Shown here: positions 14,590-27,955 of the stretch, piece by piece
Layout: every line of letters starts with the position of its first letter
Position numbering within the stretch: position 1 is the first letter of the stretch
Source: Tubulanus polymorphus
Taxonomy: Eukaryota; Animalia; Nemertea
DNA length: 64,000 nt
Direction of reading: 5' to 3'
Assembly (NCBI RefSeq): GCF_964204645.1
Contig: NC_134025.1
Span: 16,281,101 to 16,345,100 of the forward strand
Position numbers and translations under genes: made by a program
Notes under the pieces: model-generated
What the model was told of the DNA's origin: nothing
What the model saw: the letters and a program-made list of their open reading frames with translations, nothing else
Database searches by the model: none

Positions 14590-14633
14590 TGCGCAACGTT
14601 TCGGCTAAAGACTATTAGCCATCATCAGGCGCA
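14590..14633 (-). ncRNA. Minimal type I hammerhead ribozyme (Penelope-like element type)
   Basis: Minus strand reads UGCGC-CUGAUGA-U-GGCUAA-uagucu-UUAGCC-GAAAC-GUU-GCGCA: 5-bp stem I, 6-bp stem II, loopless palindromic stem III (ACGU). Confidence 0.8.
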
Positions 14634-15489
14634 CTGAGAACAGGAGAATATTACAAGATATTTATGCAAGACCAAAACAATAGAAACAGAGTAAGTGATT
14701 AAAATATTGAAAGGGGAATAGATTAAAGTAACGACATAACAGCAAAGTAAGCAAGGCAAACTAGGGGTAATATAGATTAAAGTAATTTATAAACAAAAGA
14801 AACAAACTAAAGTGATTAAAACGTGAGGACAAGCTAAGGGGTAATCAGATGAAAACAAAGAGAAGGAACATGCATGAAAGGCAATAATCAGTGAGTGAGA
14901 GGGAAACAAGCAAGCGATGTTCAAGGCAAACTATCTTCAGTCATAACCATTTTCTACTTTTGTAAAATATTTTCATTTATTTTTGGCATGTCTTAAGTGA
15001 ACGTAGGAAGTGATATACATATCAGCTTGTCTATCAACCCTGTATAAGTCGTAGTCCTCAGGACTGACAATTTTTCTAGTGGTGGTTTTAAACGAATTCC
15101 GCAAATAACCTGTGGAAAGACGATGTATACAATGCTCATGGTCCGTGATGTTCCCCGGTCGTATCCTGAGCTTACAGTGCAGATCCTCGCTGAAACCCTG
15201 TGTACTACTTACTAAATCCATTAAACCCATAAATCGTGTTGGCTGCTTTTTATATCACAATATTTGAGTATCAGTTTTGCAAAAAACTAGTGGTGCAGCG
15301 CATTGCCGCATGTCGTTCAGCAATCCCCGCATGTCATGGAGAGGTTTAGAAACCATAGGACAAACGTAAATGATACGTAGGCTAATTATATTTTTCTTTG
15401 TGTTTTGGACTGCAGCTTGAGCTTTGGTACTAAGGCCATGATTACACTACCTGCAATCGAATAATCAATCAAATAATGCTGCCATGTGC

Positions 15490-16255
15490 ATGGAGAAAAA
15501 TGCCTAGGTACCAATATAATAATGACATTCTAAGTTATTCTTCTATTCAACGCCCCCTGGTGACTGTATAGAATAACTAAAGACCTTGAAACTCACAACA
15601 GTCATAGACCATGTCATGAGCTTCAACCTTGCAATCGATTGAGGTAGCCTAACAAAATATGCATAGCTACCGGTACAAATTCACTCTAATTTAGGCAGGG
15701 TTTCACTAGCAAGTAAGTTCACTGCTTCCGTATGGTCGAATCCTTTAATGATACACTGTACGAAGGATTTATACTTACTTGTAGTAATCAAGCGACAAAT
15801 ATATATTATTAAAACATGAAAAAATTGAAATTAAGTTATTCTTCTATTCAACACCCCCTGGTGACCATATAGAATAACTAATGTCCTTAAAACTCACCAC
15901 AATCATAGACAATGTCATGAGCTTCAACTTTGCAATTGATTGTGGTAACAAAATATGCGTAGGTACGAATATAATATAGAAATATTAAGTTATTGTATTA
16001 TTAAACGCCCCCTGGTGGCGACATACAAAAACCAATGAGCTTAAAACTCGCCACAACCATAGAATATACTATGAGCTACAACTTTGCAATTGATTGTGAT
16101 AACAAAATATGCTTAGGTATCAATAAAATACAGAAAAACATTTTTCCACCTACGAATGAGTACTGATGACAACAAGGTGGCTGAATATGTGTCTAGGATA
16201 GATACATGTGTAACCCATAGGCCTATATCAAGACATTACATTGAAGCAACTTCAA
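15490..16255 (-). mobile_element. Family A partial copy; continues at 31798-31825
   Basis: Repeat units near 15548, 15848 and 16004. The conserved block breaks at ttcaa (16255) and resumes as ttcaaaacttccc at 31798. Confidence 0.65.
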
Positions 16256-16263
16256 CAGTGGTT

Positions 16264-17257
16264 CCGTGTTCTCCACAGGTCAAATTTATAGCACGGCGTA
16301 GTAAGAAATATTAACCTTCTGCAACGACGATGCGAGCACTGGAGAAAATTTTTTAATTTAACGCCCCTCAGAGTGTCTGAGACAGAAAACCACACTGGAA
16401 TTCGTGAAAAGTCACATATGGTTTTAATGCTGTACGCCAAATATCACATTATATCTATCGACGAAAACTGAGCGAGTGGCTCCTTTACTATGATGGATGT
16501 CTATTTTTAGAGAAACTGACGACGACCTACGCACTGGAGAGAATGAATGCATGAACAAACACTTACATTTTAATTATTTTTTCAGAAAATAAAGCGAGAC
16601 TAATTTGATGTGCAAAATCTATTTTGATGAAATCAAATAGGACATACTTTACAAGCAACAGCGCAGCGGCAGCGCGGCGTAGAATGAGAACATGCCTCAA
16701 CACATGGCCTAGTTCTAGTTTTCCAGGAAACCAGGTACTTGGCACTTGACCAGGGATATCAATACATTATCACACTCAGGCTGAGGCTGACTATCATCGC
16801 TATAGATCAATTTTTTGATGTGTTACCTTAACTGGTTAATCTCAGCTCAAAGAAAAACCTACTAGATATATAGGCCTATGACACAATATCAATGATGCAG
16901 TCAACAAAAATGTATATAAACTTCATTTGTATATACATTTATTGATGATCCACAGACGCTAAACAAACTTTATTGATCAAAGACATGTGCCATAAGCAGC
17001 ACACACTCTCGCAGATACAGATAGTAGGCTCCAAACACTGAGCTGCCAATCATTCTAGAGACCGCCGTTAGCCTATCTTAGAAGTTGGCTACGTTCCAAC
17101 TACTAGAACATTTCATGCATCTGATTTCATATCTTTGTAGGCACATCGTGATTTAGTTTCCCATAACGACAACAACAAAAATTTAAGAAGGGCGGTAAAA
17201 ACATTAGGCAGGGCGCTGAGTTTTGAGCATGGCTAAAACAGCCCGCGGAGAACACTG
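16264..17257. mobile_element. hAT-like MITE inserted in the left end of the 16256-31797 element
   Basis: Imperfect TIRs ccgtgttctccacagg / cccgcggagaacactg; degenerate gtg(g)ttc duplication at the flanks. Confidence 0.55.
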
Positions 17258-17675
17258 GTGTTCATAGCCTCAAGACCAACCAAAATTCAAGGCCATTCAA
17301 AGCCATTTGAGAAGCACATTCAAGGCTTTTTATCCCCATGAAAAACATTTTTACAGCATTATTTCCTCGCTTCTTCCATTCAAAAACAATCAAAACAGCT
17401 TTAAAAGGGCTCAATGTGCCACTGCTGACCCGAATTCACTGATATTTACTGACACAGCCAACTAGGGCAACAAATTGAAATTTGATAATTTTAATTTTGA
17501 GCCAGTGACCCAATGCCTACACTAATCATGACTTTTTAAAAAGTTGAAGTACAGATTTTCCACGTAAAATCTTGGAAATATAACGGAAAATAATAAGTGT
17601 GAAAACTGAATTGGGTTGAATTAAAACGATGGGAGGAAACCTACTTTTTGCAAATAATTGAGATGGAAATATAAA

Positions 17676-18663
17676 CTAGGGGTCCAGGGACACCATGCCC
17701 ACTTGGGAAGTGGTTTCAATTGCTCAACAATCTAACAATTTCAATATTCAACGCCCCCGGGTGACCATATACAAAAACCAATGACCTTGAAACTCACCAC
17801 AATCATAAAACATGTCAGCAGCTACGATTTTGTAATTGATTGTGATAACAAAATATGCCTCGTTACCAATTTAATATGGAAATACTAAGTTATTCTACTA
17901 TTCAATGCCCCTGGTGACCATATTTAAAACCCAATAACCTTGTTACTCACCACAATCATAGAACATGTCATGAACTACAACTTTGCAATTGATCATGGTA
18001 ACAAAATATGCCTAGGTACCAATATCATAAGGAAATGCTAGGTTATTCTACTTTTCAACGCCCCCTGGTGACTATATAGAATAACTAATTTCTGATATGT
18101 CATGAGCTACAACTTTGCAATTGATTGTGGTAAGAAATTATGTAGGCCTTTTGGTAGATATATAATATCGAAATACTTAGATATTGTATTATTCAACGCC
18201 CCCTGGTGGCCGTATATAAAAACCAATGAACTTGAAACTCACCACAATCATAGAACACGTTATAAGCTACAACTTTCTTATTCATTGTTGTAACAAAATA
18301 TGCTTAGGTATCAATATCAAAACTTTTTCCCACCTACGAATGAGTACTAATGACACCAGGATGGCCGCCAACTGCGTCATAATTTGCTGATCAAAAATAC
18401 CTGTCTCAGGTATAAAACATTCCTTTCCAAAGAATACCCATCAGCAATTGAAATGAGAAATGGCAAACCAGTAGGAAGCTACAGGACTCAGAATTCGGGC
18501 CAAAATTAACATTTTTGGGCACTTAAAAGGTGCTAGGACGGCCATCTTGAGTCCGATCGACCCAATTTTTGTTATGCTGATGGGCCCTGAGAGGGTTCAA
18601 ATATATACGAATGATCAAGGTAATTGATCAAGGCATCTTCAAAATTTCCCTCAAAAAGTTCAA
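17676..18663 (-). mobile_element. Family A copy
   Basis: ctaggggtccagggacaccatgcccacttggga end, four ~150-bp units, then the conserved block broken at aagttcaa. Confidence 0.75.
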
Positions 18664-19417
18664 CTAGGGGTTCAGGGATACCATGCCCACTTAGGAAGTG
18701 GTTCCAAATATTCAACAATCTAACAATTTCAATATTCAATGCCCCCTGGTGACCATAGGCCTATACAAAAACCAATGACCTTTAAACTCACCACAATCGT
18801 AGAACATGTCAGCAGCTACGATTTTGTAATTGATTGTGATAACAAAATATGCTTCGTTACCAATTTAATATGGAAACACTAAGTTATTCTACAATTCAAC
18901 ACCTTATGACCTTGAAACTCACCACAATCATAGAACATGTCACTAACTATAACTTTGTAATTGATCATGGTAACAAAATATGCCTAGGTATCAATATGAT
19001 AAGGAAATACTAAGTTATTCTACTATTCAACGCCCCCTGGTGACCATATAGAATAACTAATGGCTAATATAGAATAACTAAAGGTGATGTCATAAGCTAC
19101 AACTTTGCAATTGATTGTGGTTACAAAATATGCATTGATACGAATATAATCTAGAAATACTAAGATATTGTATTATTCAACGCCCCCTGGTGGCCATATA
19201 CAAAAACCAATTACCTTGAAACTCACCACAATCATAGAACACGTTATGAGCTACAAGTTTCTAATTGATTGTGGTAACAAAATACACTTAGGTATCAAAA
19301 TGTGAAAAAAAAACTTTTTCCCACCTAAGAATGAGTACTGATGACACCAAGATGGCCTCCAATTACGTCATAATTGGCTGATCAAAAATACCTGTCTCAG
19401 GTATTAAACATCCCTTT
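18664..19417 (-). mobile_element. Family A copy nested in or tandem with the previous copy
   Basis: A second ctaggggttcagggataccatgcccactt end, repeat units with internal deletions, truncated at ~19417. Confidence 0.7.
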
Positions 19418-20413
19418 TGGAGTCATCCATTTATTACGTACGCATCATAGGGGGGAGGGGGTCTTACTGAATTGCATACATTTGCGTACAGAGGGGGAGG
19501 GGTCTAATAATCATGCGTTCGGTATGCACCATAACAATTCTGCTGGGAGTCAATTCTATCGTAAGCATTCCCTGTATATTGCCTACTACCCCTATTGTAC
19601 ACAGTGGACTCATCCCAGTTCAACTCGCGGCCTACTACCCCTATTGTACACAGTGGACTCATCCCAGTTAAACTCGCGACTTAAGTACAATTAACGTAAT
19701 GAAAGTAATTGTAATCAATAACAAGAGGCCCATGGGCCTTGTAACTTCATGACGCAGTAGAGGTAGAATGATTCAGTATTCAAAGTTTAACAAAAAGATT
19801 TACAACAAGTTTTAAAATAGTTAAGATGGTATAGGCTATGTGGTGATAATGTTCATATTCCCGTCAATAGCTTCCCTGTAAAAACAAACTAGCCAGCACT
19901 AGCTTGGCCGGAAAACCCGCCAGAAAATTACGACTTTGAGACCTAGCAGTGGCGCCCTCCACCGGAAGCCGCCATCTTTTTTTCACTGGCGTGAACGCTC
20001 ATTGTGTTCGTTTATTAATGGTCGGAAAATCGTGAATAATCTACGCTATAGACGTGTGTATGTCGGCTTTGTGTTGACTAACAAAAGAAGAATAAACAGT
20101 GGAATCGGGTGATTCATCGATTGGCCCGCGGTGAGATCGTTCTCTTATCAATTTCTAATCCGAAATTTTTCGATTTCTCGATTTCATTAAAAAAAAAAAA
20201 ATTTCCTCCCGGTCGTGCCATCGTTTTCTAAACATTAAATTAAATTGAGTACACGCTACCTCCCGGGGTTTCACAGGCCTCGGTCCTAACTTATATTCCA
20301 TGGTGTTTTTTATCGTCGTTTTCATCGATTCCGTTTTTTTTTCATAATAAAGAAAAATAAATAATACACTTCGTTTATAACTAAAGTTTTAGCGTACTGC
20401 AGTTTTCAGTATA

Positions 20414-21157
20414 ATGTCGGACAGAGGTTCTGTCCCTAAGGGGCAGAAGCATTGTGCGGGAGCTTCGTACTCAAAAATACTTGGCTTGTGGGACTCGCAC
20501 CCCACCTGTCAAGCCTGCTCCTACGCTTTGAACGGGCACCCCTGTTCAAGATCTGTCCAATGCTCTATATGTGACGAGTGGGAGGAGTCCACCTGGCAAC
20601 GGGCGGATAATTCTCGCTCATACCAGTCACGTAAAGCTAAATCCAAAGCAGCAGATATATCTGTCACTTCGGAAGTTTCGTCGGCTCAGTCGGTCCTCGC
20701 AAGGCCGTCCAGAGCCTCCCAGAAACGCTCAAAGACTGAGGAACAAAGTGTTTCCGGCGCTAATGGATCGGACGTAAAAGTGCCGGTCGGTCCGTATACC
20801 GGCTACCCGGTCGCGGTCTCGCACTCCGCGCCGGTTCCCGGTCAAGACATAAACTAAGGCTGCTCTCAAAGACTTGTCGGACGCCCGCGCAAGTCCCGGT
20901 CATGGGAGAAGTCTCGGTCACCGGTCCGGTCAACGGCCCGGTCGGTCTCTCTTTCCCGGTCACCGAGCTGGTCAGTTTCACCGGCCGTCTCAGATTCGCT
21001 CTCTGAGTCGGTCAAATCGTCTTCAGTTTATTCTCGGCGTTCTCTACCACGCTCCCCTCGCAAGGGACACAAACATAAGCACAGGGAATCCCGTAAACGC
21101 ACTAAGGGTCATCGCTCCCGAAGGCGTAATCGTTCCCGTGCGCCCAACTCACCCATG
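20414..21157 (+). pseudogene. DIRS gag/ORF1, N-terminal part
   Basis: Cys/His motif HC...DSHPTCQAC...C..CSICDEW followed by a Ser/Arg-rich region; frameshifted. Confidence 0.7.
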
Positions 21158-21165
21158 ATCGTGTA

Positions 21166-21621
21166 ATGCAAGAATTAGCTAATGAAAATTGTGAGCTACG
21201 TAAGCAGCTATTAGAAACAAAGAAACTAGCAGCGGAGAATAACCAGTACTCTCGCCGTAATCATCTGCGTTTATATGGAATTGTTCAAACACCCGCCGAA
21301 AGTTGCGTACAATTAGTCGTTAACTCATTGAATGCCGGCCTCCGACTAAGTGATTATGAACAAATTTGTTCGGAGAATAAGGAAGTAGCCCATCGCGTTA
21401 AAAACAGATCCAAACCTACCGACGATACAAATACTAAACCGAACAGTATTCTTATACGCTTTCATGACCGCAAGATCAGAGACAATATCATTTCGAAACG
21501 TGCACGTTTAAAAGACTCCGGATTATCAATTCGTGAAGATCTGTGCCAGGAGATAGGAAAACTTGTTAATAGAACAATAAAACTCGGGGAACTACGACAA
21601 AGTCTGGACCATGAATGGTAA
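21166..21621 (+). pseudogene. LINE ORF1 (coiled coil plus Transposase_22/L1-like RRM), truncated
   Basis: ENNQYSRRNHLRLYGI, VAHRV, ILIRF..R..RD, LSIREDL motifs. Confidence 0.8.
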
Positions 21622-22408
21622 GGTATTTGGAAGTAGTCGACAAGATGGTAAGAAAAAACGTATCGATCTCTACGAACCACTGCCCGATTAAACAATGAAC
21701 TCAAATTCACTGGTGTTAACTATGCCTGATATATAAATTGAACTATTGTAGCGAACTTAATCGGACGGTCAACTGGACTCATATTTAGAAAAAAAATTAT
21801 GTAACAGTTTTGCAGTATATCCGTCATTCTGTCTCAAACCTTTCAAAACCTTATGTACGGTATATCAATTTAACAGTATATATCCACAGGATACTCAGCA
21901 GTCTTCAACTGTCCATTATAAAATATAGAATATTTAACCAACTTTAAACAGTACATTATTAACTAGTATATTTGAGTGTATACAATGCTGAGTGTCAATA
22001 AGGATTTGAATTTTCTTAGATGTATCGCATATAAGCAAATGTTTAATTACAGCAACGTGTGTGAAATTCTAAACTTCGTCATTGCATTAGTAACTGACAA
22101 CAACTGGCCTCTTTTATTTCCGCCAATTGTTGACGCCGGTCTAACCGGACCATCACATGACATTATTGATAATATATCACTATGAAAGTTTTTCTCTGTA
22201 TTTACGTACAGGTTTATCGAATATTTTCTATGTATCATATCTACGTTTTCACAATACTTTTCATTTCAACTCATCTCATCACCCTGTTGATTACTCACTT
22301 ATATCCGCTGGTTGAACTAATATTAAAGTTTATCATTTTCAGATATGTGTTTAGGAAACTTTGAACCAAAAGCACGCAATACACAAAATTATGACAGTCT
22401 CCATTTAA

Positions 22409-24720
22409 CACTTTGACTGCGGCACCCGAGTTAACTCGGGTTCTAAGGCCCGATTTTTTACTGCGGCGCCCGAGTTAACTCGTTTTTATGCACCCGTTCA
22501 GTGGCGACTCCTGTTTTTGGGAAACGGTACCACGGAACTATTATTTGTTCACGAATGCAACTAACAGGCTTCCATACTGCATTCTAATGTTGATTTCGAA
22601 TCGATTTTGTTATTGTACGGGTAGGTAGAGGCGCTGAATGTACAGTGCTTATCTATGGGTGAGTTTCAAAACAAAGATGGCTGCGCCCAGGAGACAAGGT
22701 TGTAGACAGCTAACGGACTTAGAAATAAGCGAAATATTTGCCGACAGTGATTCGGAAAATGAACTTTTCGATGAACAAAATGCTGCAGCAGATGATGAGG
22801 AGGCCAGGGTAAGCTCTGAGGCTTCGGAAATTGAATCAAACGGTGAATCAAATGATGCGCATGATTTGGACTCTGGAAATAATTCTGAAATTTCGGCCAG
22901 CGGCAGTGATGAATCGAACGATGATGATATAGCCCCAGTGGCCGCCCCAGCCCCCCCACCAGTTCAACGTGGTAGAGGCTTAGTAAGGAGGGGTGCTAGA
23001 GGTAGAGGGGCAAATCGTGGACGTGGTCGGGGCCATGTTCCAGCTAATAGGCCTGATCCGGATGCAGGATGGAGTGACACTAATGTGCAGCCAGTTGTTG
23101 GTGCTTTTACAGGTACACCTGGATTGAATGTAAACATGGACAGTGATGAGCCTATTGATTATTTTAGGCTTTATGTAACTGATGAACTTATAGACATTCT
23201 AGTTACTCAGACTAATTTGTATGCTTCTCAATTTATCAGAGATGCACAGCTGAAGCCTAAATCGAGGGTCCACACATGGAAAGATGTTGACGCACAAGAA
23301 ATGTGGCGTTTCCTTATGCTACTCTTCATGATGGGTATTATAAAAAAACCCACTATAAACATGTATTGGTCTAAAAAGAAAACAGTCAGAACTCCATTTT
23401 TCAATGAAACCATGCCTCGTGATCGATTTCTGCTGATATTGAAATTTTTTCATTGTAACGACAACGATGCTCGTCCTGGTGACAACCAGGATCGGTTATA
23501 CAAAGTCCGCCCTGTCTATGATCACCTCACACGCAAATTTACCGAAGTTTACACGCCCACGGAACATTTATCATTAGACGAAGGGGTGTTGAAGTGGCGC
23601 GGGAGACTAGTGTTTCGTTGTTATAACCCCCAAAAGCCCGAAAAATATGGAATGAAGTCGTACATGGTATCGGAATCCGAATCTGGGTATTTGTACAGTT
23701 TTAGTCTCTATTGTGGCATGAACCGGAATGTTCCTACCATATGTGATGATACTCTACAGCCTTTATATGGTAAGAACTATAAAGTTTACATGGATAACTT
23801 CTACAATAGCAGGAAGGTATCCCAGCACTTGCTCAATAATAGGACTCACACATGCGGAACTGTTCGTATAAACCGCGGTCTTCCAAAGGCGCTTGTTCAA
23901 CAAAGCAAAGAACTTCGACGTGGCGATGTCGCTTTCCGTCAAAAGGATGGAATAATGTTTCTGCTATGGCTAGATAAGAGACTGGTAAAAATGGTATCCA
24001 CTTAACATGATTCTTCTATGGCAGAAACAGGTAAACAGGATAAAGATGGAAATCTGATTAGAAAACCGCAATGCATAATTGATTATAACCATTTTATGTC
24101 TGGTGTGGACCACTGTGATCAGATGTCGCGTTATTATCCGTGTGTTTTGAAAACTGTGAAATGGACAAAAAAATTAGTACTATATCTCATTCATCTATCA
24201 GCAGTGAACAGTTATTTCCTGTATCAAAAGAATCCCAATAAGGACAAACTTCATCTTCTGGAATTTTTGGAGCGTATAATTGAATCTATGGCTGAACTTG
24301 CGGGTGAAGTTCCCGTGGGACATCAGGCCAATAGGGGACCACAGGGAGATCCAGTTACAAGGCTTACAGGAGGGGCAGCTAATCATGCATTTTTTTTGAT
24401 CCCCCCTACTGCCAAGAAACAAAACCCAACCAGAGTATGCAGGGTTTGCTCAAAAAAGGGCATGAGAAGCGAGTCTAGATATATGTGCCGCAACTGTGAA
24501 ACCCCCTTCATCCTGAATGTTACTCTGCATATCACTCCAAAAAGATTTACTGGGTGTAAAATATCATAAAACCAAAGAATAAAAGACAAGAGTAAGGTAA
24601 GACATTATTTTTTCTTCATTTATTGCTCTTTTATTGAAGGACTACAAAATTTAACATTTTTTGGAAAAAACGTTAGCACAAGGGTATATACGCATTTCTA
24701 AAATTTCAGCAGTCAAAGTG
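22409..24720 (+). mobile_element. Full-length piggyBac transposon (2312 bp)
   Basis: TTAA at 22405-22408 and 24721-24724; perfect 12-bp TIRs cactttgactgc / gcagtcaaagtg. Confidence 0.95.
22638..24569 (+). pseudogene. piggyBac transposase (PGBD4-like) with one premature stop and a C-terminal frameshift
   Basis: DDD motifs SLDEG, YMDNFY, GVDHCDQ. In-frame TAA at 24003-24005. Cys-rich tail CRVC...CRNC continues as LHPECYSAYH in a shifted frame. Confidence 0.92.
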
Positions 24721-27700
24721 TTAAATGACCTAACAGATGAGCAGTTATTTCTAAATAATGATTCTCCATATAGTGAAATACAAAATGTGAAGCAAGTTGA
24801 TAACAATAGTTTGAATATCCTACAATACAATATACATAGCGTTCCGGGCAAACTTAATGAGCTAAAAACTTTGATACATAAATTTAAAATGGCTAATATT
24901 GATATACATTTACTTCTTCTCTGTGAAACCTTCATTAAAAAAGAAAATCTACCCCTAGGCCTATGTCATTTACCAGGATATGAACTTATAGAAAAACACA
25001 GAGACACTCGTAGTCAAAGAGGTGTTGCCATTTATCTAAATAAAAAACTCTCATTCAAACCTAGAGATGACCTAGGTATTTTTAAAGAGGGTAAACTTGA
25101 AACCTGTTTTGTCGAAATCTTATCGAAATCAGGTAAAGTCAGTGAAAATCTTATAGTCGGTGAGTTATACCGTGTCCCTGGTACAAACGAACTAGACTTT
25201 TTCCAGGATTATGAAACTATTTTGAATAAAGTGAAACTAGAAAGAAAGAATGTCATACTAGGTATGGACCAGAACTTAGATTATTTAAAACTAAATATTC
25301 ATAAAAATATAGCTAACTTCATTGATATCAATATTTCTAATGATTTACTGCCAACAATATTTCGACCTACTAGAATCACCCATAAAACAGCAACCCTCAT
25401 TGATAACATCTACTTAAGCTCTAAATTACATAATAATTATAAATCTAATATAATCACTACATATTTATCAGATCATCTTCCTTGTTTTGTTTCTATTGTT
25501 AATCAAAATTCAAATACCAAAAATGTACCCAAATTGTCAAGAAATTTAAATAAAGCTAATATTGAATTAATTAAACAGGAACTATCCAATGTGGATTGAA
25601 CCATAACATCAAATATGACGTGTGATGACAGTTATGACTTTATAGTTAAAAAAATTCAAGCATCATTGAATCACTATGCTCCGCTTGAAAAAGTGAAAAA
25701 ACGACAATCTACACCTGTGGAACCCTGGATGTCATCTGGTTTACTAAAGTGTTCTAGGAAATGTGATAATTTGTTTAAGAAAACTTTAGACCTTCCTAAA
25801 ACCAACCCCAAATATATAAATTTTATAAATTACAGAAATCATTTTAATTGCATTAAGAGAATTAGCAAAACAGAATTTTTATGCAAATAAGATACTTAAC
25901 TTCAAAAACGATAGTAGAAAATTGTGGAGTTTCATGAAACATTTTATTGGTAAGTTGAATAATAAATCTTCCTTCGTTAAATGTATAAAATTTCAAGGCA
26001 ACAATATATCAGATCCGAAATCAGTCAGTGACACTTTTTCAACATTTTTCAGTAAAATTGGAGAAGAATATGCTAACAAAATACCAAATTCAAATAAACC
26101 CTTCACCGATTACCTAAAGACTCCTAATTATAACAATATATTTCTGTATCCAACTGACCCAAATGAAATACTAACTCTGGTCAAATCCCTACGAAATAAA
26201 AACAGTTCAGGATATGACGATATAAATAATACCCTGTTAAAAAATATTATTACTGCCATCAACCAACCATTAGCAAGCATTTTCAATAAATCTTTAAGTG
26301 AGGGAGTGGTGCCTCCAAATATGAAATTAGCTGAAGTAATTCCAATTTATAAGTCAAATGACAAATGTCTAACAACCAACTACAGACCAATTTCCCTCCT
26401 CCCTGTACTTTCTAAAATCCTAGAAAAGATTGTTTATAATAGATCATACAAATTTCTTTCAAAACATAAACTACTATATAAAAGTCAATACGGATTCAGA
26501 TCTAACCATTCATCAAGTCAAGCAATTATGGAATTATCAGGAAATATTTTAAAGGGATCTGAAAGGGGAAATTGTACTGTGGGTCTATTTTTAGATCTTT
26601 CAAAAGCATTCGATTCTATAGATGTGAACAAACTTAGTTAAACTGAAAATATGGTGTAAGGGGGCCCCACTTAATTGGTTCAGCAGTTATCTGACAAATA
26701 GACGATTGTACGTAAAAACTAATGAAACAAAATCAAAAATAGATCATGTAGCGCATGGAATCCCTCAAGGTTCAATATTAGGCCCTCTGTTATTTCTTAT
26801 ATATACAAATGACCTTTACCAATCCCTTAAATATTGTAAATGTATTCTCTTTGCTGATGATACAACCATTTATATTACCGGCAAAAAATTATTAGATATT
26901 CAGGAAAAGTTAAAAAATGATGTTGAAATACTTGTAGATTGGTTTAGAGCGAACAATTTGACTCTGAATTTAAATAAATCAAATTTCATCATTTTCCATC
27001 CGAGAAATTTTACATTGAATACTCGTAATTTTGAACTTAAAGTTAATGATCAAATTATCAAAACAACCAATTTCTGTAAATTTCTTGGTCTCTATATCGA
27101 TGAAATACTTTCTTGGGATCAACATGCCAAGCATGTACGATCAAAAATTAATAGTAATTTATATCTTTTAAGAAATCTGAAAAAGTTTCTGCCCTCATGG
27201 AACAAGAAGCTACTCTATTTTAGTTTCATTCATCCCTATTTGACCTATGGAATTACATTATGGGGCCCATTAATCTCAAAGAAACAGTCAAAATCAATTT
27301 TCAAATTACAGAAAAACGCCATGCGTTACATCGACAATGCGTCTTACAATTCTCCATCTACACCTATTTTCAAAAAATATGAAATTCCAAAATTTGATGA
27401 TATTATCCAAATTGAACTAGCAAAACTTCTTTACAGCTTACAGCTACAGCTTCTCAAAACAGCTCCTGCCGGAACCCATTATGAATTTTTTTACAACTCA
27501 CTCCTCAAATCACAGATATAATACAAGATCTCGCAATTTCCCTAAAACGATCAATCATAAAAGTACAATTTTCAACATCTCATTCTTAAACAAGATTCCT
27601 ACCATTTGGCAAAATTTAGATAGGCCTACCAGGAATTCAAGAACTATCAGCTCTTTCACTCGTGGTTTTAAACAACAACTACTGAAAAAATACTAGAACA

Positions 27701-27955
27701 ATCAAGCTTCAACCAGCATAATGCTATAGGCCTACATGTATATCTAATTCATCCAATTAATTTCCTTGTCACTCCATCCATTCACCCATCCATCTATATC
27801 TTATCATCATTATCATCCCTTCATAAAGGTATGGCCCTCGCATTTGTGATACAGCCTTGAGGCTTTGGGTCATTAGTATTTTCATTATGTATTTAATAAT
27901 TCTTGTCTCTGTATTATTGTATATGTTCTATGTAAATAAAATATCAATCAATCAA

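Larger units (their letters stand above)
22345..27696 (+). pseudogene. LINE ORF2 (APE endonuclease plus RT), split by piggyBac, with several stops and frameshifts
   Basis: LQYNIHS, LCET, GVAIY, PTR, IDNIY, SDHLP, NYRPISLLP, FLDLSKAFD, PQGSILGP, LFADD. ATG at 22345 joins the 24725 frame once piggyBac is removed. Confidence 0.9.
21158..27955 (+). mobile_element. 5'-truncated CR1/L2-group LINE inserted in DIRS gag
   Basis: ORF1 remnant, spacer, APE-RT ORF2, and a 3' UTR ending AATAAA plus (TCAA)3. DIRS sequence resumes at 27956. Confidence 0.9.

Noticed and set aside
14973-15230. Possible host exon with splice-like signals on the minus strand
   Set aside because: No recognisable protein similarity and no supportable partner exons.
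24661-24724. N-terminus of ORF 24661 as the real ORF2 start
   Set aside because: It is piggyBac right-end sequence; the native start appears to be at 22345.
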